Shown here: positions 58,401-64,000 of the stretch, one piece after another
How the letters are laid out: the number at the start of each line of letters is the position of its first letter
Numbering within the stretch: the stretch's first letter is position 1
Source: a virus
DNA length: 64,000 nucleotides
Virus record (IMG/VR): IMGVR_UViG_3300044729_003839
Span: 1-64,000 of that record
Reading direction: 5' to 3' (one strand)
The notes under the pieces: generated by a model
The model's database searches: none
Told to the model about the DNA's origin: nothing
The model's input: the letters and a program-made list of their open reading frames with translations, nothing else
Made by a program: the position numbers and the translations under genes

Positions 58401-58486
58401 ACGCTTTGTGGGAGTCCACTTCCTCATCTACCACGCCAAACTACTCCTTAAACGTTATAAACTCTCTCACCTGGGAGGAGCAGTAA
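55445..58486 (+). CDS. Large virion (tail/baseplate) protein
   Basis: SKRFFRYQPGR, IEFSWYGAVG; paralog of next gene. Confidence 0.75.
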   Translation: MANRQTIIGKTAPVPLGQQKAVNSLPVVFAEDQPAIPVEEQNKIQSEVALSLLGIPRAEVALGIFADVNTYDINPTEWSQSPLENDLDSGTGLYHLAQEAGAELVAGEGRTTILTSKRFFRYQPGRVSSSTMGVRMNRTSSTYLSGVENRNIMKGAPTIKKWGIFDKFDGYYFEIVNSGDNNDFRCIRRTQALVPSEPPGVGATPDAWNKTDGTNGKTNIKGGNWGVVGEDPVIYRNGLCYVAAAIYDPSLCFLPGDVREIEANETRLSEFTYNEDYALRLAYRNADGDFIEHLEGRQFQFPFDQKEPGTFSTGDYENWQINNLFLKPDSEYIRLDAHCRWEDIVTNLSRGDGTGFDTEITATGSTISALPGDSRFEYDTAPSADDSGVKVWNLLVSVQGSSQVSNSQYSAAFPTPHRTSPYDVNNANVGRKNITLKEWFKICVPPQFRTVYEWRPVRAMFSNDQLNGKTDNKVRWSDVSTANVDPSGVGVKRPGDPIEVGGSILTQSSVYDVDFTKVTMWKIEFSWYGAVGALFLCYVPVGNGEARWVRVHHMRASNQLDVASLGNATLPITYLTHAGIGNDLVDNKSVLVKYGASYYIDGGDKGTVKLVSKSSDYPKPVNFGVIRTTITTTPALNYFSISTSVLSQSLKDQLIGSYLRNDKTTKVIWVENDSTDKIRLYFNQSVALFAQNDPIEIVVPRRQRSMMSLRAKDQITNTTGTAIRNRVQIYPLKYGSGVIDSSADTNILTINFSKNPLVITNNLNNSTLAASYNLPIYTDALDTGLGFELGSGTIPKKIESGTNITSGNYTTLDGLLSSNGKYFHCYMRGIATSEVGSGFDANPQVTEFPRLVRVFKKSGSIYIQNFSSNPEPVSVFGVMIPVRMYIFNSSGALTAYTGTPTHTKYEDQNKWSEAGLVGTFESIGQLSGASVAQDFKLSPVSDTGNLVFSLYTNRGGDQFDLADYFAYNKEYISYPLTNEVDILCAYALWESTSSSTTPNYSLNVINSLTWEEQ

Positions 58487-58489
58487 ATC

Positions 58490-61400
58490 GTGTCGGCAAA
58501 ACGATCTATTCGGGCGGATAGAGTACCCCCCCGCAGGACAAAAAGAATCATTCGAATGGTGGACGTCAAGGGTTCACCACTAAGTGCTGAGTCAGGCCCG
58601 GACCTAGTCACAGAGAAAGACGCCTATAACCGCAGAGAATATGAGGCAAAGAGTTCGACTCCGGTTGTATTAGACTCGGATTCTTACAGAGAAAAAGGTT
58701 ACAGTACTGCGAACAAGTTCAGCAAGGGTGTTCCAGCCGCTTTGCCCGTGATCGAGCAGTTCCCCGAGCAAAGTGAGGTCTCTCGATCGCTGCTCGGTAT
58801 TAACAGAGAAACTTCCCAAAAAGGCCTTTTTAGTAACGTCTCTGTTTACGGCCTTGACACAAAGGACTGGGAATTCACGTTCTCGGGATACAGGGATGGC
58901 GGGAATACGTGGTGGACGAGAAGACCTAGCCTTTCGGGTAATTATTTCCCCGGAATTATAAAAGAGGATGATAAGAACTCGGCCCTTAGGTTGACGGCTA
59001 ACCCTACACCTTACCTCGAACCTGAGATTCCGACAGCCAACCGCCCATTTAAGTCATTCGCTCAGTCAATACCTTGGGGTCAGTATGTAAACTCCGTAGT
59101 CGCCTTGTACATCTTCAAGTACATGGTCAATAATTTCTCTGAAGAGAAAAAACTCAGATATAACATATCTTACTTGTTGAGTATTTACCCCACCGACGAG
59201 CAGGGTAATTTCAACGACCTAGCTTGGGACAAAATCTGGCTGGATATAAGCCAAAGGCGTCTCGGACTGCCCGAAAACTACCCCTTGATACCAGAGGTCA
59301 AAGCTTATAATTTTAGAGATGCGATTGTAAACAATTTTAGATCTGCTGAGCTTTGGGGGTCCGAAGGGGTAATAATTGAAGAAGCTAATGCGTCACTTCC
59401 TTCAAACGCCGACTTCTCTTGGAACAAAGAATATTTCAGTGTTGGCCGTATGTTCTTCCCTTCGGGAAGGCCGGACAACAAAGGACATTTTTACATAAAG
59501 ACCAATCCAGACGTTAATGTATGGGAAAAATACTTCGGCCTGAGGTGGAATCTTATAAAACAAGAGATAAAGGATTGGGAGTTTACTGTTCACGAATCAG
59601 AAGATACAGTAACAGACATTGAAAAAGAATTAAAACTGCCTTATGTTATTATAACTGACAATCCCCAGGCTTTTACTCCCTCTTGGCCAATAGCAGCGAG
59701 TACAGATTTGCCGGTCAACGGCAACAGGATAGGGGGCGCACGCGGTATCAACACGGGGATACTGCTCAAATCGACGCGAGCTTTTAGGTATCAGCCAGGC
59801 AGAATAAGTGGATTTACATACGGGGTCAAGTTAAGTGAAATTGGGGCAGGCCCAGGAACTACCCTCGAGTTCGGGATTGAAAATTTCACCGACTCTTATA
59901 TGTTCCGCCTCACCAACGGGGGTAATTTCTCGATTATACGGCGGTCAGTTGTCCCTCTGGATGAGACGGTATTTTTGAGTGATGCGCGGTATGGGGAGAA
60001 CACCAAAGAGGTGATAGTAGACGGGCAAGTGCAATACGAAACTACTATCGGGCAGAACATAATGAACGGGGACCCTCTTAACGGCGAAGGTCAAACCGGT
60101 TATATTCTCGACCCAGACGCTGTAACCATGTTCAAGATCGAGTTTGGCTGGTACGGTGCTATTGGCGCGAGGTTTTATGCCTATGTGCCAGTGAGAAACG
60201 ATGAGTGCAGATGGGTAACTATACATACGCTAGTAATTGAAAATCAACTCAAAAAGCCTTGCCTAGGGGATCCGTTCTTTTTCTTCACTTACAAACTAGA
60301 CATACAAGACTCGAGTTCTGTGCGTCTAGAACAGTTTGTCGACAAGTTCGGTGCGTCTTATTATATCGATGGGTATGACGATGGAACTACCTCCCCTAAA
60401 AGTATTTCGTCCGGTACCCGGTCTTTAAGCGTTAATGCTAGTGAAGTCCAGAACACTATAAGCCCGTTGGACTGGACGACTTTGACCGGGTTCAAATCGC
60501 GCAGCTTTATAACCAACTCGCAAGGGGATGAAATCCCCAATAAGAAGGAGATTTTTCCAGAAAAAATCAATATTTTTTCTACAACGGACTGTGAAATCAA
60601 ATTTATTCGACAGTCCGGATGCCCAGAGTATGCTTATAATCATCAAGAGGGGTATAGATGGCAAATACTGCCGGAGAATAGAAGGCTGAAGGGAAAGTTT
60701 TTTATAAACCCGTTCTTCGAATTAGATTTACCTGAGCTGGAAATCTCTCAGTCCAACTCAAGTACGCACACAGCCATAGCGTTATATAACGCTGCTTCAC
60801 AAGGACAATTTAGGGATCCTACCGTTCAAAGTAACTGGGACGTTACAGGACAGCAATATCTGCGAGTATTGGCTAATGATGTTTTCGGGGTTTTTGTAGA
60901 CAAGACAGCTTTCCCGACAGACTCAGCTTTGTTGCGGCTAAAAAGACCGGTAAATTATAGGTATTTATCGAGCAGGTCGGCCCTGCCAGAGCCAATAGAT
61001 ACGGTCAAGTTGCCATTTACTTACGCCCCCGTATCCCCCAACGAACAGGGATACGACCTTGAAATAGACTATTTTCGTAGAGATCAGGTCCTGTTGTCTT
61101 CCGTGGACGTAAATTCTAACGAGTTCTATATATACTGGACGGGAGGACGAACTCCTGGCCCTAATCCGGGGAATTTCGCCTCCATCCGATTTGGATTCTG
61201 CTGGCCTAATGTATCAGACGATCAAAGTCCGATCTATGCTCTGGGATCATCGGGGGACTGGGGAATTGAGCAAGGCCCAGTGGAGTATGATGGCCAAACT
61301 TTTTACGAAGGATTGCCGTACGATTTTGTAAGCGATTTCTCTGATAACTGCCTTTATGTAGAAACAGGCTCAGATGTGCGGTATAATACATTCGGCCTGG

Positions 61401-62419
61401 AAATACGAGAAGAAGACTTTTTCGCCGGAAGGTTTATGAACCTCGAGCCTGATTTCGTTCTCTCCGCTCCAGGGACTGAAGGAGGAATATGCAGAGGGCT
61501 GTTTTGTAAGGCTGGGAAAGAGATCAGAGATCAAGTAGTTATTATATCTGAATATAACGAAGACGAAGACATAACCACTTATTTTGTGTCAGATCCTAAC
61601 TCGCCTTGGCCCAATCTCGAACCGAAGAATTACACCGTCACAATATCTCAAGGGGACAATAAGGTCAGCGTAGAAACCACTGGGGGTATTACCAGAAATT
61701 TAGACGGAGTAGTTCTATATCTAATACCTATTGGGGAATCTTTACCAGAAGGCATAGAAGAAGGGTTTGCTAAAGTCTCGTACAATATTATTTATATTGC
61801 AAGAATGGACCAAAAGTCTAGAGTTGTAGAGATATTGACTTCGGAGATAGCTCCTGGCGATTTGCCATTTGTCCGCGTGTTTATCCAAGGTAGGCAAGGA
61901 GCCCAGCTCGGAGGGGTATGGATAGGACAAAAGACTTCTGAAGGAATTAGGGTATCCCCATTGACTCCGCACAGGTCGTCCCTGTCCATATCCGACAACG
62001 GAGTTGATAAGCACGGGGAGTGGTCTGACCCCCCTGAGGAGGACGGGGCGGTGAAAGCGGTGGCTGCCTATACCCAGGCTGGCACAGCCCCTACCTTAGA
62101 CGCCTCAGAGCAAAGTCTTACTACATTTAAATCGATCAATACAAGTCCGAGAAAGTGCGGCAATTTTATAGTCCCGGGCGTGTTCACGGGCTCAGACTAC
62201 CCACTACGTACATTCACCCAACCATCAATCGGTACTCCCATTGCAACTTATTACGTATCCGCCAACAAACCCACCCAAATCGACCTTAAAAACGTGTTCT
62301 ATGTAGGCGGAGAAGGTGTGTACAACAGTGTTTACTCAAACATCGCTACGTTTGTTGTGGCGAGATCGATAGAATCCCCGGGACAAGTGCAGGTGTCTTT
62401 GAATTATATAGAAAGTTGA
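58490..62419 (+). CDS. Large virion (tail/baseplate) protein
   Basis: STRAFRYQPGR, IEFGWYGAIG, FGASYYIDG. Confidence 0.75.
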   Translation: MSAKRSIRADRVPPRRTKRIIRMVDVKGSPLSAESGPDLVTEKDAYNRREYEAKSSTPVVLDSDSYREKGYSTANKFSKGVPAALPVIEQFPEQSEVSRSLLGINRETSQKGLFSNVSVYGLDTKDWEFTFSGYRDGGNTWWTRRPSLSGNYFPGIIKEDDKNSALRLTANPTPYLEPEIPTANRPFKSFAQSIPWGQYVNSVVALYIFKYMVNNFSEEKKLRYNISYLLSIYPTDEQGNFNDLAWDKIWLDISQRRLGLPENYPLIPEVKAYNFRDAIVNNFRSAELWGSEGVIIEEANASLPSNADFSWNKEYFSVGRMFFPSGRPDNKGHFYIKTNPDVNVWEKYFGLRWNLIKQEIKDWEFTVHESEDTVTDIEKELKLPYVIITDNPQAFTPSWPIAASTDLPVNGNRIGGARGINTGILLKSTRAFRYQPGRISGFTYGVKLSEIGAGPGTTLEFGIENFTDSYMFRLTNGGNFSIIRRSVVPLDETVFLSDARYGENTKEVIVDGQVQYETTIGQNIMNGDPLNGEGQTGYILDPDAVTMFKIEFGWYGAIGARFYAYVPVRNDECRWVTIHTLVIENQLKKPCLGDPFFFFTYKLDIQDSSSVRLEQFVDKFGASYYIDGYDDGTTSPKSISSGTRSLSVNASEVQNTISPLDWTTLTGFKSRSFITNSQGDEIPNKKEIFPEKINIFSTTDCEIKFIRQSGCPEYAYNHQEGYRWQILPENRRLKGKFFINPFFELDLPELEISQSNSSTHTAIALYNAASQGQFRDPTVQSNWDVTGQQYLRVLANDVFGVFVDKTAFPTDSALLRLKRPVNYRYLSSRSALPEPIDTVKLPFTYAPVSPNEQGYDLEIDYFRRDQVLLSSVDVNSNEFYIYWTGGRTPGPNPGNFASIRFGFCWPNVSDDQSPIYALGSSGDWGIEQGPVEYDGQTFYEGLPYDFVSDFSDNCLYVETGSDVRYNTFGLEIREEDFFAGRFMNLEPDFVLSAPGTEGGICRGLFCKAGKEIRDQVVIISEYNEDEDITTYFVSDPNSPWPNLEPKNYTVTISQGDNKVSVETTGGITRNLDGVVLYLIPIGESLPEGIEEGFAKVSYNIIYIARMDQKSRVVEILTSEIAPGDLPFVRVFIQGRQGAQLGGVWIGQKTSEGIRVSPLTPHRSSLSISDNGVDKHGEWSDPPEEDGAVKAVAAYTQAGTAPTLDASEQSLTTFKSINTSPRKCGNFIVPGVFTGSDYPLRTFTQPSIGTPIATYYVSANKPTQIDLKNVFYVGGEGVYNSVYSNIATFVVARSIESPGQVQVSLNYIES

Positions 62420-62443
62420 AAGCTCTTAAGATTTGAGTTTTCG

Positions 62444-64000
62444 ATGTCCGAAGGGGTTTTTAGGGGATTTGGACAATTTTCTCGCCCAGACATCGGGCTG
62501 ATTTCCGACGGGTTTCAAAACCTTTCCGAAATCTTCGAGTCGGACAAGCGAAACGCGTTAAGAAATATACTTCTAGATCCTGAATCTCTTGACCAAATTT
62601 ATCAGTTATCTGAAACTATTAGTAGAGAGGATCTTAGGTCGGTCTCCGGTCTATCTTCCTTCCTGCTTTCAACCCTGCATAGAATTGATAATATATCAGG
62701 AGATCGAATCCTTGAGGAGCTTGAGGTTGACAAGCTATACGCTTCGCCTAAGTACACCTTGGGTGGTACGGGTTCCAATGCTTTAAACCGTCCGAATGTA
62801 ATAATTTTTAACGGAGGCATAAAGTGCGAAGGTGCTTTTTACCGCGCTAATGTACTTTCCGAAAGTCTTTTCGAAAACCCAGAAAAAAGACTAATTTCCC
62901 TCTCGACATCCCGCTCAAGTCTTTTCAGCTCCAACTTGGACGAGGATAATCCCGGGTTCTTCAAAGACGCTTCGTATCCGGGGTCTGTCCGCGTACGCAG
63001 AAAGTCCCATGTCAATAGAATTTTTGTCCCCGAGGGTTCTTTCGTCCGGAAGTCTTCCGTCCCTGAGTCTCCCTCCCACACCCTTAAGCTCAATGTCATT
63101 AACGGGCCTGGGCAACCAGTAACACCTTTGAAATTACTGGCCACTATAAACTCCCCACTCAAGATATTTTGCAGACTTTCCAGGGGTAGTATAAAATTTA
63201 AATTCACTGACTCGTTAATTAATTTTTACGGGTACCAAGTGCAAGTTGTCCAGCAAAGGCCTAATACTGAATTTGTAGACTTTTTACAAGTAGAACCATC
63301 TTCTCAACCCTCAGGTACAAACGAGTTCACTTTAGATATAGATATCACGAGTACTGGATATCAACAGGTATACGATTTGTACCTGTATCTTTACCTGAAT
63401 CCAGAAAAAGTCAGAGGTCTAGAGTTTGAAGGTATCGATATCAGAGAAACTCCTGATAAAAAAGACCTTGGCCTTATAGGGTTTAACAACCTCGAGGAAC
63501 TTAGAGTGTCCGGAGGTTCGATGACGATCCTGCCACTCTGGTTAAAAACACTCTCTAACAAGCTCCGGGTACTCGATCTTAAAAACAGCGGAGACACTTG
63601 GAAATCAGGTCCGATGTCCTGGTTTGATATCAGGAATTCAGGGGCTGTCCCCTCATTCAATCACCCCATTTATACAGTAGTAAGCTATTTAACAATCCCC
63701 AAAAGCGGGCCGATGATAAACAGCGCCGGGGATGATTGGGCGGATGAAAAGTTTGAGAAATATATTTTAAACGAGAGCAGGACTGCCGGGGTTGATTATC
63801 GCCAATTTACAAATTTACAAGAACTTTACCTCGGGGACAGATTCAGGGGACTTAATTCCGACTTAAGTGATGTTTTCCCCAACTTAAGGGTACTGGAATG
63901 GAACACTAAAACTCGCGGACTAACAGCCTTCATTTCCGGCCAAAAATTGCCGTCGATTAAAAACACGGGCGGACTGACTCAGTACAACATTTCTGGTTCA
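62444..64000 (+). CDS. Large LRR-containing late protein, truncated by the window end (not in ORF track)
   Basis: ATG 62444 after motif at 62415; in-frame FNNLEELRV, LRVLDLKNS, FTNLQELYLG. Confidence 0.75.
   Translation, partial: MSEGVFRGFGQFSRPDIGLISDGFQNLSEIFESDKRNALRNILLDPESLDQIYQLSETISREDLRSVSGLSSFLLSTLHRIDNISGDRILEELEVDKLYASPKYTLGGTGSNALNRPNVIIFNGGIKCEGAFYRANVLSESLFENPEKRLISLSTSRSSLFSSNLDEDNPGFFKDASYPGSVRVRRKSHVNRIFVPEGSFVRKSSVPESPSHTLKLNVINGPGQPVTPLKLLATINSPLKIFCRLSRGSIKFKFTDSLINFYGYQVQVVQQRPNTEFVDFLQVEPSSQPSGTNEFTLDIDITSTGYQQVYDLYLYLYLNPEKVRGLEFEGIDIRETPDKKDLGLIGFNNLEELRVSGGSMTILPLWLKTLSNKLRVLDLKNSGDTWKSGPMSWFDIRNSGAVPSFNHPIYTVVSYLTIPKSGPMINSAGDDWADEKFEKYILNESRTAGVDYRQFTNLQELYLGDRFRGLNSDLSDVFPNLRVLEWNTKTRGLTAFISGQKLPSIKNTGGLTQYNISGS

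Noticed and set aside
63-62423. GTTGAAAG resembles the 3' end of some cyanobacterial CRISPR repeats
   Set aside because: Copies are isolated 8-9-mers, kilobases apart and oriented with downstream genes; there is no repeat-spacer array and no cas gene.
62665-62673. Minus-strand GTTGAAAGC inside the last gene
   Set aside because: Intragenic and antisense with no credible downstream gene; treated as a chance occurrence.

Overview
A 64-kb segment of a large lytic myovirus, almost certainly a cyanophage (it encodes an HLIP, a CP12-like peptide and a PebA/PebS-like bilin reductase). From left to right it contains: (1) a tandem array of 17 small paralogous genes or gene remnants (127-4765) sharing a C-terminal ...LF(S/Q/G/K/D) helix; (2) a non-coding, origin-like region with helically phased ACAAAACAT repeats; (3) a replication and metabolism block with a GyrA/ParC-like subunit, bilin reductase, degenerate Dam-like protein, SpeD, three tRNAs (Ile-UAU, Leu-UAA, Arg-UCU), a metallophosphoesterase and a family A DNA polymerase of the mitochondrial Pol gamma type; (4) rlpA, invaded by a free-standing endonuclease that left a duplicated rlpA 3' end, followed by Dps; (5) dispersed Mu-like virion genes on both strands (gp37-like, gp36-like, a major capsid gene split by a group I intron, decoration protein, prohead protease, sheath, portal, tube, tail spike/fibre and LRR proteins). 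A motif GTTGAAAGC sits about 20-36 nt upstream of most structural transcription units and is a probable phage late promoter. All assignments come from motifs recognised by eye; no database searches were run.
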